A stretch of DNA of 63,850 bases, filler included, from Lama guanicoe (taxonomy: Eukaryota): assembly GCA_013239625.1 (NCBI GenBank). It is 198 parts of 198 records of this genome, joined end to end, with 100 filler letters (N's around TTAATTAATTAA, not from the genome) between each part and the next. Parts side by side here need not be neighbours in the genome. Positions count along the whole stretch, not along the records: positions 37,465 to 37,687 come from PNXV01041400.1; positions 37,788 to 38,010 come from PNXV01041401.1; positions 38,111 to 38,333 come from PNXV01041402.1; positions 38,434 to 38,656 come from PNXV01041403.1; positions 38,757 to 38,979 come from PNXV01041404.1; positions 39,080 to 39,302 come from PNXV01041405.1; positions 39,403 to 39,625 come from PNXV01041406.1; positions 39,726 to 39,948 come from PNXV01041407.1; 190 more parts are not named here. One strand, 5' to 3'. Made by a program: the position numbers and the translations under genes. The first letter of the stretch is position 1. The number at the start of each line of letters is the position of its first letter. Under the pieces are notes generated by a model, which did no database searches, was not told the origin of the DNA, and saw only the letters and a program-made list of their open reading frames with translations. Shown piece after piece: positions 37,465-48,346 of this stretch.

Positions 37465-37687
37465 CCGGTGGGCAGGGCCGCGTCTAGGGGCGTGTGGAGA
37501 GGCAGCTGTGGGGGTCAGCCTTAGGCAGTCTGTCTGCTAGTTAGTTGTTTGTCCTGAGGCGTCCCAGCTCTGGAGCCTAAAGGCTATTGAGTGGGGCCAA
37601 GTCTCGCTGCTAAAGTCCCAGCAAGATGTTAGCCTCCTGGAAGGAGAGTTCATTCAGAAGAACAGCCCTGAATGTCGGCCACCATGT
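37465..37687 (-). mobile_element. L1 5' UTR fragment
   Basis: Reverse complement overlaps the 3' half of contig 55553 (GGAGGCTAACATCTTG...GCCCCACTCAATAGCCT). Confidence 0.65.
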
Positions 37688-37787
37688 NNNNNNNNNNNNN
37701 NNNNNNNNNNNNNNNNNNNNNNNNNNNNNNNTTAATTAATTAANNNNNNNNNNNNNNNNNNNNNNNNNNNNNNNNNNNNNNNNNNNN

Positions 37788-38010
37788 TCCTCACCCTAAG
37801 TGAACCCGTGAGATTCACCCCGCAGGGGGAGGGGACGGTGTAGGTGTGACTGAGTCAAGGCCCTGGAGCTGAGGGAGGGTCCTGGACCATCCTGGTGGCC
37901 CAATGTCATCACAGGGTCCGTGGGAGAGGGAGGAGGGTCAGGGTCGGAGGGGACGTGAGGACGGAAGCTGAGGTCACAGGGCTTTGAGGGAGTGGCCACG
38001 GGCCAAGGGA
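37788..38010 (+). mobile_element. MLT1C/D-like MaLR LTR fragment, GC-drifted
   Basis: TCCTGGACCATCCTGGTGGCCCAATGTCATCACAGGGTCC...GACGTGAGGACGGAAGC...GGCCAAGGGA. Confidence 0.6.
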
Positions 38011-40059
38011 NNNNNNNNNNNNNNNNNNNNNNNNNNNNNNNNNNNNNNNNNNNNTTAATTAATTAANNNNNNNNNNNNNNNNNNNNNNNNNNNNNNNNNN
38101 NNNNNNNNNNTGTGTGTGTATGAAGGATGGAGCATAAAAAAACAACAGAATGGGTCACCAGGCTAAGAGAGCTTTCTGACTCTCAAGCATGACCACAAAG
38201 GAACTGGGGGTTACAGTTTCCTTTTGAACGTGATCATTATAATATTAGTAGTAATCAATAATATTTATTGAGTTCTGGGCTCTGTGACAGCCACTCTGCT
38301 GGGTGCTTTCCATCCATGATGTCATTTAAGAAGNNNNNNNNNNNNNNNNNNNNNNNNNNNNNNNNNNNNNNNNNNNNTTAATTAATTAANNNNNNNNNNN
38401 NNNNNNNNNNNNNNNNNNNNNNNNNNNNNNNNNTTTTAAGTTATGGATTGAGAATGATAAATTCTGGAAAAAATATGCATTTTGGTTTTTTTTATTTCTT
38501 TTTTTTCCCCAGCTTGATTGAGGTATAATTGATATATAAAATACTGGACATAATGTATAAAATTTAGTGAGTTTTTTTTCTTAGTTTTTTTTAAAAACAA
38601 AATTGATTTATGCTATACTTTTTTCAGAGAAGATGTGAAGGCAATTGGATAGATGTNNNNNNNNNNNNNNNNNNNNNNNNNNNNNNNNNNNNNNNNNNNN
38701 TTAATTAATTAANNNNNNNNNNNNNNNNNNNNNNNNNNNNNNNNNNNNNNNNNNNNTGTCTCATTTCTATGTCCTTTGGTTGGGGCTGAAGGCTAATCAG
38801 CAATACTGTAGAAATTATTGCTTGATATTACTGAACTATTTTCTTTCCATGAATATTTGAATAATCATTGGATTTTAGGGACGATAGTTTCTTTAAAAAA
38901 ATTCTGGTAATTATCTTCTGGGTGATTCTGATTCTCTTCCTCTAGAATTATGTTGCTTAATTTCTGAATAAGTGATGCTNNNNNNNNNNNNNNNNNNNNN
39001 NNNNNNNNNNNNNNNNNNNNNNNTTAATTAATTAANNNNNNNNNNNNNNNNNNNNNNNNNNNNNNNNNNNNNNNNNNNNCATGCTTTCAGAGACCAAGTC
39101 TACATGCCCTCAGGGAGCCTGCAGAGCCGCACGCAACGCACACCCACCAGCTCTCACGCTGTTTCCCGCTTTCTGGTTTCTGCTCCTTGCCACTACAGAA
39201 GCTTCTGTTTGCTTCAGCCACAAAGGCTCCTTTTTTTCCATCCTGCCTCTACCTGACCCCCAACAGGGAGGATTCTGCCTTGCCAGGTGCCCTCACAGTG
39301 CTNNNNNNNNNNNNNNNNNNNNNNNNNNNNNNNNNNNNNNNNNNNNTTAATTAATTAANNNNNNNNNNNNNNNNNNNNNNNNNNNNNNNNNNNNNNNNNN
39401 NNTAGTTGTTGCTCCACAAATACTGTAAAATAAATAAAACGGTGACCATTGTGCCGAGGCGGAAATTAAGTCTCAGAGAAATTAACCACTTTGGACAAAG
39501 ACTTAACAGCTGATAAGTACATGGCAAAATAAGAACAAATAAATAAAAGTTGGAAATTGTAGGGACCAAAATGAAGAGCAAATCTGGAAAACGTGTTACA
39601 GCTTTATTCAGACTGGTCTGGGCTGNNNNNNNNNNNNNNNNNNNNNNNNNNNNNNNNNNNNNNNNNNNNTTAATTAATTAANNNNNNNNNNNNNNNNNNN
39701 NNNNNNNNNNNNNNNNNNNNNNNNNACCTTAATTCCACATTAATTATTTATGATGCTAATTTAAGGGGAAGTATTCTATAATTTACAACTTCTTACTACC
39801 ATCCTCCAACTTAAAGAAACAAATAATATTAATTCTTAATGTATGTAAATAACTGACTTACTGGATAGCATATGTTTTAACCTGTGTCCTCTAGAAAGCG
39901 TATTTGAAAGGTACAAGTTTAGCACAATGATGGGGGAGAAGAAAAGGGNNNNNNNNNNNNNNNNNNNNNNNNNNNNNNNNNNNNNNNNNNNNTTAATTAA
40001 TTAANNNNNNNNNNNNNNNNNNNNNNNNNNNNNNNNNNNNNNNNNNNNAACTATTGGGG

Positions 40060-40271
40060 CAGCATCATTTCAAGGTTGGGAACAAAGACTATGGAACGAG
40101 ACAGACTGCCACTTCCTAGCTGTGTGACCTGCGCAACTCAGACCTTCTGGGCCTCAGTTGCATCATCTGTAAAATGGGATGGGGGGCGATAGAAACACCC
40201 ACTCCATAGAGTTGCTTTAAGAAGTAAATGAATTACTATATATGTAGCTTGTTTAAATGGTGCATGACAAT
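40060..40271 (+). mobile_element. MIR SINE fragment
   Basis: TGCCACTTCCTAGCTGTGTGACC...GGCCTCAGTTGCATCATCTGTAAAATGGG. Confidence 0.85.
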
Positions 40272-40371
40272 NNNNNNNNNNNNNNNNNNNNNNNNNNNNN
40301 NNNNNNNNNNNNNNNTTAATTAATTAANNNNNNNNNNNNNNNNNNNNNNNNNNNNNNNNNNNNNNNNNNNN

Positions 40372-40594
40372 GAAACATCAAGTAATGAGGGGGGTATCAG
40401 GGAGCGTGGGAAGAGGGGATACGGCTGGTGTGGCTTAAGGCTGCAAAATTGCAATGTGCAGTAAATAAGCCACAGAAATCGAATGCACAATGCAAAGAAC
40501 ATAGACAATAATATTGTGCTGTAAAGATGCAATGTGATAGCTGTTGCTACCAGAGCAATTATATTACAATACATTGATGCATCAGAGTAACATC
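40372..40594 (+). mobile_element. L1 3' UTR fragment
   Basis: GTAAATAAGCCACAG...GAACATAGACAATAATATTGT, an L1MA-type 3' UTR motif. Confidence 0.55.
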
Positions 40595-41368
40595 NNNNNN
40601 NNNNNNNNNNNNNNNNNNNNNNNNNNNNNNNNNNNNNNTTAATTAATTAANNNNNNNNNNNNNNNNNNNNNNNNNNNNNNNNNNNNNNNNNNNNATTATC
40701 ATTACATAGGTGATATTATCTAATAGAAACCAAAGAAATCTATAGACAAACTGTTATGTTAATAAAAGCTTATATAAAAATCAACCACAGTTTTATACCC
40801 CAACATCAGTTAGAAAATAAAATCTTAAAAATAATGCTATTTCTGTTGGAAACAAAGAAGCCACAAACTAATCTATGGGAAAAAATCTTATAAAAAATGT
40901 ACAATACCAGTTTGGAANNNNNNNNNNNNNNNNNNNNNNNNNNNNNNNNNNNNNNNNNNNNTTAATTAATTAANNNNNNNNNNNNNNNNNNNNNNNNNNN
41001 NNNNNNNNNNNNNNNNNGTGAATACATATACGAAAGTGCTATAGATAATGTTAAAGCAAAGTTGCTAAATTGGGTCTAGGACAATTTAGGGGAAGGCTTT
41101 GAGGACAGAGAAGGGAAGAAAACCTTGAGAGCCTTGCATAGATACTTCGCGAGATAGGTGAGCTGCAATGACGCTCTCTGAGGCTCACCCGTGTTCCAGT
41201 TTTGTGAACGGGTAACTGGGCTGAAATGTGGGTGCCCTGCNNNNNNNNNNNNNNNNNNNNNNNNNNNNNNNNNNNNNNNNNNNNTTAATTAATTAANNNN
41301 NNNNNNNNNNNNNNNNNNNNNNNNNNNNNNNNNNNNNNNNTCCAACTCCGTTTTACAGTGAGAACTGC

Positions 41369-41563
41369 AGGAACATCAAAATGGCACTAAGAAACCTACT
41401 GAGAAACCAGAGAAATTGTTTGCCCTTCAACACGTTCATTTTGTGCTGGATGAACAATCGTCTCTTCACATGCTCAGTTCTGAGAGATAACAGTGTGTGA
41501 AAGACGTCCTTCAACTATCTTGAAGGGAACACAAAGTATCTTTTCAGTTTCAAACTACACTAC
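41369..41563 (+). repeat. Copy 2 of an unidentified repeat family (possible satellite), homologous to 12274-12467
   Basis: Direct alignment with the contig at 12274; roughly three quarters identical by eye. Confidence 0.8.
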
Positions 41564-43601
41564 NNNNNNNNNNNNNNNNNNNNNNNNNNNNNNNNNNNNN
41601 NNNNNNNTTAATTAATTAANNNNNNNNNNNNNNNNNNNNNNNNNNNNNNNNNNNNNNNNNNNNTCTCTGGTCATGACCTAAAGCATAGGGAGGGATGACC
41701 GAGCCAGAAATAGAGAAACAAGAAAACGGTACTGAGACGGATGCAAGCGATGAAGGTGCTCCAGAGGAGCCAACAGATGAGAAGAAGTTGACCTTTGTGG
41801 ATGGAAAAGACAACACTGACATGGCCAGTAAAATAGTAAAATCTATGGAGTTTGATTTTTCTTCTCTCTGTGCTTAAAAGCCACTANNNNNNNNNNNNNN
41901 NNNNNNNNNNNNNNNNNNNNNNNNNNNNNNTTAATTAATTAANNNNNNNNNNNNNNNNNNNNNNNNNNNNNNNNNNNNNNNNNNNNGGGGGCTCTCAGGC
42001 CTGAAGACCTTTCTTCGTGCTCTCCCGGTTTGCTTCCCCAGTCCTGCTCCTCAGCTGGGGCAGGCACCTCACTCTGGGCCTCTGCTTCTTCATCCTCTTC
42101 TGGTTGGAGCCTCTTAAAGGCCCTCCAGTCCTCATCTTCCCCTGGTCTGAGCCGTGCACAGACCGCTCCCTCATCAGACGAGGCCATCTGGCCCCTACAC
42201 GGGTCCTTANNNNNNNNNNNNNNNNNNNNNNNNNNNNNNNNNNNNNNNNNNNNTTAATTAATTAANNNNNNNNNNNNNNNNNNNNNNNNNNNNNNNNNNN
42301 NNNNNNNNNCCACACCCAGAGACCAGAAGAGGGGTGCGGGCAAGGGCTTTTCCATCACACCCACTGAGACCTCGCTGGAGAGACTGTCCTAAGCGTTGCC
42401 CAGCAGTGACCTGGAGTGTTTGATATAGGAGCAGATTCGTTTCTGATACCTGATCCTCTACAGAACAAAATTATTTCCAGGAATACTCATTAAATGATAC
42501 AAGTAATAATAATGGCTAGGAAGGAAATGCGCNNNNNNNNNNNNNNNNNNNNNNNNNNNNNNNNNNNNNNNNNNNNTTAATTAATTAANNNNNNNNNNNN
42601 NNNNNNNNNNNNNNNNNNNNNNNNNNNNNNNNTCTTAATTAGAGACAGTCCCTAAGTGTCACTGCGTCACTTGGTGACTTTGACGAACGCATTTCGTACT
42701 TTCATGGATTCTGCAAGTAAGGCAGTGACCAGTGAAGTGAATTATTTCCTCGGGCTCATCTGCTGAGTGAGTATCCGAGGTGCACATCAGGCACCCAGAC
42801 TGCAGGCTTGGCCGCTGTGTGGTGGTGCCTTTTTTTTTAATGAGTTGAGAATGGANNNNNNNNNNNNNNNNNNNNNNNNNNNNNNNNNNNNNNNNNNNNT
42901 TAATTAATTAANNNNNNNNNNNNNNNNNNNNNNNNNNNNNNNNNNNNNNNNNNNNGCTTCTGCCAAGGATCCAAAAGACCTGGTCGCTGTTGCACAGGTT
43001 TAGGATCAGAGTTTGCATCAAAGCATAAGTCCTTCCAGAGCGTGGCACGTGCTGCTCCCGCAGGCACAGTTGTGCGTGTTTAATGCGAGGCTGTTTCCTC
43101 CCCGCGTGTTGACATCGAGCGTCTTGCATGCCTCCGCTCGGTGCTTTTGCAGTTTTTATGTGGCACCTGTTCCCCGACNNNNNNNNNNNNNNNNNNNNNN
43201 NNNNNNNNNNNNNNNNNNNNNNTTAATTAATTAANNNNNNNNNNNNNNNNNNNNNNNNNNNNNNNNNNNNNNNNNNNNAGGGTCCTGGTGGGAGAATGCT
43301 GAGGCCAGTTCACTACTTTTCAGACATGTTTCTACAGAGCAGGGGCCTAGGGTGGCCCAGGGCAGCCTGAGACATGTCAACCATTATGTCTTCAGTGGAC
43401 ATCATAGGTTAGCCAGAGGGCCACTGATTCGCAATAGACAGTCAAGAGTGAGGGGTGAAGCCTTTGTCCCCTTGGCCACCAGGGAGCTCACAGGAGGCTT
43501 ANNNNNNNNNNNNNNNNNNNNNNNNNNNNNNNNNNNNNNNNNNNNTTAATTAATTAANNNNNNNNNNNNNNNNNNNNNNNNNNNNNNNNNNNNNNNNNNN
43601 N

Positions 43602-44470
43602 AAGCATGTTATATTTATTTTAATGTTCTGATTTAGCATTTTTAAGATCCTGTTTTATTTGATACACTGTTTTGGTGACAGAGAATGATTTACCTGGGAA
43701 GTCCACTCTCTGGTAGCTGTTTCCACTGCCTTGTGGCATCCATTGTTTCTGGTAAGAAATAAGCCGTAAATCATATCGGGTTTCTCCTGAATGTGATGAG
43801 TTGTTTTTATGCATATATTGGTCCNNNNNNNNNNNNNNNNNNNNNNNNNNNNNNNNNNNNNNNNNNNNTTAATTAATTAANNNNNNNNNNNNNNNNNNNN
43901 NNNNNNNNNNNNNNNNNNNNNNNNGATTGAATCCAATCTGGTCCTTTGTGCTAGTCTTCAATCCATTACCCACGCTGCAACCAGCGAAATCTTTTGAAAT
44001 CACGAACTTGATAATGCCACCTCCCTTCATTCATCCACCTCTTACCTCTCAATGACTCCCCAGAACATTTTAGGTAAGTCTTTAGAAACAGACCGCTTGT
44101 AATAAGTTCTAATTTGTCTCTTGCCAATCCCCCACCTTGAAGTAGACNNNNNNNNNNNNNNNNNNNNNNNNNNNNNNNNNNNNNNNNNNNNTTAATTAAT
44201 TAANNNNNNNNNNNNNNNNNNNNNNNNNNNNNNNNNNNNNNNNNNNNAAGCATGTTATATTTATTTTAATGTTCTGATTTAGCATTTTTAAGATCCCGTT
44301 TTATTTGATACACTGTTTTGGTGACAGAGAATGATTTAGCTGGGAAGTCCACTCTTTGGTAGCTGTTTCCACTGCCCTGTGGCATCCATTGTTTCTGGTA
44401 AGAAATAAGCCGTAAATCATGTCGGGTTTCTCCTGAATGTGATGAGTTGTTTTTATGCATATATTGGTCC
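43602..44470 (+). repeat. Near-identical contig pair E (43602-43824 and 44248-44470)
   Basis: 5 substitutions, 49 identical nt at each end. Confidence 0.97.
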
Positions 44471-44570
44471 NNNNNNNNNNNNNNNNNNNNNNNNNNNNNN
44501 NNNNNNNNNNNNNNTTAATTAATTAANNNNNNNNNNNNNNNNNNNNNNNNNNNNNNNNNNNNNNNNNNNN

Positions 44571-44680
44571 TTCAGAAGAGGAAACTGAGGCTCAGACAGT
44601 TCAAGTAAGTTGTACAAAGTACACATGTAGGTGGTGGGGCCTGGATTTGAACTTGGGCAATCGGACACGAACTTTAGAAC
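44571..44680 (-). mobile_element. MIR SINE fragment
   Basis: CAGAAGAGGAAACTGAGGCTCAGA...GGATTTGAAC, antisense MIR core. Confidence 0.8.
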
Positions 44681-44893
44681 CACCCTGCTCCACTCCTGTC
44701 TTACACAGTGAGCTCTTTGTCACAGGATGTTTTCGAGGAAAGACGTTATTCGGCTCAGAGATATTACTGTGGAATTTCCTGCATGGAGTCAGGNNNNNNN
44801 NNNNNNNNNNNNNNNNNNNNNNNNNNNNNNNNNNNNNTTAATTAATTAANNNNNNNNNNNNNNNNNNNNNNNNNNNNNNNNNNNNNNNNNNNN

Positions 44894-45050
44894 ATATCCC
44901 AGTCATGCATTTACATACATGTGTTTATTTTCATATACTTTTTCATTAAAGGTTGTTGCACAATATTGACTATAGTTCCCTGTGCTATACAGGAGAAATT
45001 TGGTTTTTGTCAATTTTTGTAGGTAGTGGTTAACATTTGCATATCTCCCT
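44894..45050 (-). mobile_element. L1 3' end fragment
   Basis: TATTGACTATAGTTCCCTGTGCTATACAG. Confidence 0.7.
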
Positions 45051-45539
45051 ATGGATCCTTTTAAGATTTTCCTCTTTGCCACTAGAGCTGAGCAGTTGGA
45101 GTATGATCTGCCTTCTNNNNNNNNNNNNNNNNNNNNNNNNNNNNNNNNNNNNNNNNNNNNTTAATTAATTAANNNNNNNNNNNNNNNNNNNNNNNNNNNN
45201 NNNNNNNNNNNNNNNNCTTAGCAGCAGAGATCTCATGCTAAGTGTTCTTCATACAATTAAAAAAACAAAACAAGGAAATTGTGGTATCAATGACAGGAAG
45301 TGAGATAATGTACACATTTTCAACTTTCAGAAGAGATCCAACTAAGACTGGAAAAATGTTTACTATATTTATTAATAATGTGAGACTCAGGCTAGAAAGG
45401 AATGGTTTCAGGGGTGTAGGGAAAAGCTGGATGGAAAGANNNNNNNNNNNNNNNNNNNNNNNNNNNNNNNNNNNNNNNNNNNNTTAATTAATTAANNNNN
45501 NNNNNNNNNNNNNNNNNNNNNNNNNNNNNNNNNNNNNNN

Positions 45540-45762
45540 CACCAGCTTTTATGTCCCCTGAGTGAGCCGCAGCCGTCCCCCACGTCCCTAGGAGACCCTC
45601 CAAATCCAGCAGGCAGGGCTGGCTCAGGTTCCTATGAAATCACTGCCTCTGCCCTTGGACCTGATGCACGTGAGTTTCCGTGTATGTTTCCCAAGCAAAT
45701 GGAGTCTCTGGTTCCCCCTAGTCCCATGAGGCTCCCAGAGCCAAGCCCCCCTGGCCTTCAAA
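45540..45762 (-). mobile_element. L1 5' UTR fragment
   Basis: 45540-45645 is the reverse complement of 55553-55658 with about 10 mismatches in 106 nt; resembles the recalled laurasiatherian L1 5' UTR. Confidence 0.75.
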
Positions 45763-46561
45763 NNNNNNNNNNNNNNNNNNNNNNNNNNNNNNNNNNNNNN
45801 NNNNNNTTAATTAATTAANNNNNNNNNNNNNNNNNNNNNNNNNNNNNNNNNNNNNNNNNNNNTTTTAAATTTTTAATCAAAAAAAATCTGTTAGCCACAT
45901 CAATTTTTTTTGTTTGTTTTCATTTATTATAAGTAGTTTACTGGGGTGTCAAGTGGGCAGAGGACAGAGTTGAGCTGTAATTTATGCTACCATGCATTTA
46001 GAAATTATTGAATGCATTGTTTCTCATTATTCAAGCGCATACTGAGAAGAAATAATAAACTGAGGAGAAGTAAAAAATATGGAAGNNNNNNNNNNNNNNN
46101 NNNNNNNNNNNNNNNNNNNNNNNNNNNNNTTAATTAATTAANNNNNNNNNNNNNNNNNNNNNNNNNNNNNNNNNNNNNNNNNNNNACACATTCAGTTAGT
46201 CCTCAGATCTGTTTATTCAGCTCCCCATTCAGCTCGTAAATCACCTGCCCTTGTCAATGGTGACCACATTGCAGAGCAGGACCATGACTTTGAACTAGTC
46301 TGTCTCCGTGTTTTCCTTCCCACGGCTGAAGCTGCAACCGGGAGAGGGAAAGGGGCCTTGGGGGGATTAGGCTTGTGCACAGAATCCAGCTCCATCACTT
46401 CTTGATGTNNNNNNNNNNNNNNNNNNNNNNNNNNNNNNNNNNNNNNNNNNNNTTAATTAATTAANNNNNNNNNNNNNNNNNNNNNNNNNNNNNNNNNNNN
46501 NNNNNNNNTCCCTTGGCTTGCCTTCATTTTGCATCTCTCCAGCCTGTCTTTCCCTTGGCTT

Positions 46562-46575
46562 CCACTAGAGGGCGC
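46562..46575 (+). promoter_or_regulatory. CTCF core motif match
   Basis: CCACTAGAGGGCGC fits CCASYAGRKGGCRS at all 14 positions; occupancy unknown. Confidence 0.55.
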
Positions 46576-48123
46576 GCGGGTACCAGTTGTGCTGGTGCTC
46601 CCAACTAAGGGTCTTTTCTGATGCCGGTCCCAGGAGACCAAGGGGGCCAGCTACAGACTGGGGCGGATTCTGGGTCCAGCCTGTGGTTCAGGGATCCTCT
46701 CAAAAGGTGATCCTCCGATTCTCAGGAGAGGNNNNNNNNNNNNNNNNNNNNNNNNNNNNNNNNNNNNNNNNNNNNTTAATTAATTAANNNNNNNNNNNNN
46801 NNNNNNNNNNNNNNNNNNNNNNNNNNNNNNNATTGCTTTGAAATCACTGATCTCAGATCGCTTTGAGTGTTGCACTTTTGTGGTAGAAATAAATGTGCTG
46901 TAATTCAAGGATTCATGCAAAAATTTAAAAATCTTCATGTTTCATAGGGTTGAGTATTGAGACTTGATCGTGTTGATCTCAATAACACTTATGACAAAGT
47001 CAAATCCAAAGTAGCATATAGAAGTGACTCCTCACCAAAGTGAACCTGACTAACNNNNNNNNNNNNNNNNNNNNNNNNNNNNNNNNNNNNNNNNNNNNTT
47101 AATTAATTAANNNNNNNNNNNNNNNNNNNNNNNNNNNNNNNNNNNNNNNNNNNNCTTCATAATCTTTCTCCTGTCTTCCTCGTCCCGGGGCCACTGTCCA
47201 GTTTACCTTCTGAGTGTGTCTGGACTCATTGTGGCCCAGCCTCCGGAAGGCCACGTGTCTGAGTCCCCCCCACCTCTGCCCTGTCCCGTAAGCTGCTTCC
47301 AGACTCATCGTCTCCCGTCTGTTGCGACCATGTCAGCCTGGCTGGCGCTTCACCCCTGCAAGTCCCTGGTACTCACANNNNNNNNNNNNNNNNNNNNNNN
47401 NNNNNNNNNNNNNNNNNNNNNTTAATTAATTAANNNNNNNNNNNNNNNNNNNNNNNNNNNNNNNNNNNNNNNNNNNNTGGATGTATGTTTTAGTTTCAGC
47501 TCGTCTATCCCTTAGGCAGCCACAACCTGAACAAAAGAGAGGAGCTGTTGAGTTTCTGAAATGATTATGAGAGCCCAAAGACTGCATATGAATTAAGGAC
47601 AAAAGACTTCGTAGGATCCTCACATCAGTATATTCCTTCCCTTTGGGCCATGAATACACTCAGCAGCTTAGGTATCAGGTATCGTAAGGGAAAAAAAAAA
47701 NNNNNNNNNNNNNNNNNNNNNNNNNNNNNNNNNNNNNNNNNNNNTTAATTAATTAANNNNNNNNNNNNNNNNNNNNNNNNNNNNNNNNNNNNNNNNNNNN
47801 CTCATCTCTCACTCAGGGATAAAGTAGTCCATGTTCTCATGAGGGACAGTTTCAAAGGACTACATTTCCTTCTTTTTTTACTGCCAGACCTCAGGCAGTT
47901 TATCTGGAACTCTCTTTGACCTTCAATGAAAAATCAGTATGGATATCCTCTTGAAATAAATACTTCTGTGGATCCCAAGCCTGTCCAGAACACCCAAAGA
48001 CATTCTTTAGCTAGCTTCTTTTTNNNNNNNNNNNNNNNNNNNNNNNNNNNNNNNNNNNNNNNNNNNNTTAATTAATTAANNNNNNNNNNNNNNNNNNNNN
48101 NNNNNNNNNNNNNNNNNNNNNNN

Positions 48124-48346
48124 ATGGAATACTTTTTTTTCTTGTATTGATCCTTTTGTCATTACAAATTGCCCTTCTTTGTCTTTTGTTATAACCTTTG
48201 TTTTAAAGTTTATTTTGTCTGATAGGAAAACTGCTTTCCCTGCTTTCTTGTTTCTGTTAGCAGGAAATGCCTTTTCCAACCTCTCACTTTCAGTCTGTGT
48301 GTGTCTTTAGCTTTGAAGTGAGTCTCTTTTAGGAAGCGTAGTGATG
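48124..48346 (-). mobile_element. L1 ORF2 endonuclease-domain fragment
   Basis: EKAFPANRNKKAGKAVFLSDKINFKTKVITKDKEGQFVMTKGSIQE, compared with L1 EN KIYQANGKQKKAGVAILVSDKTDFKPTKIKRDKEGHYIMVKGSIQQE. Confidence 0.92.

Noticed and set aside
10281..44460. Duplicated small ORFs (10281/10927, 12925/13248, 43620/44266) as a small-protein gene family
   Set aside because: They are translations of the bubble-arm pairs, with no coding features; pair E looks like degraded antisense L1.
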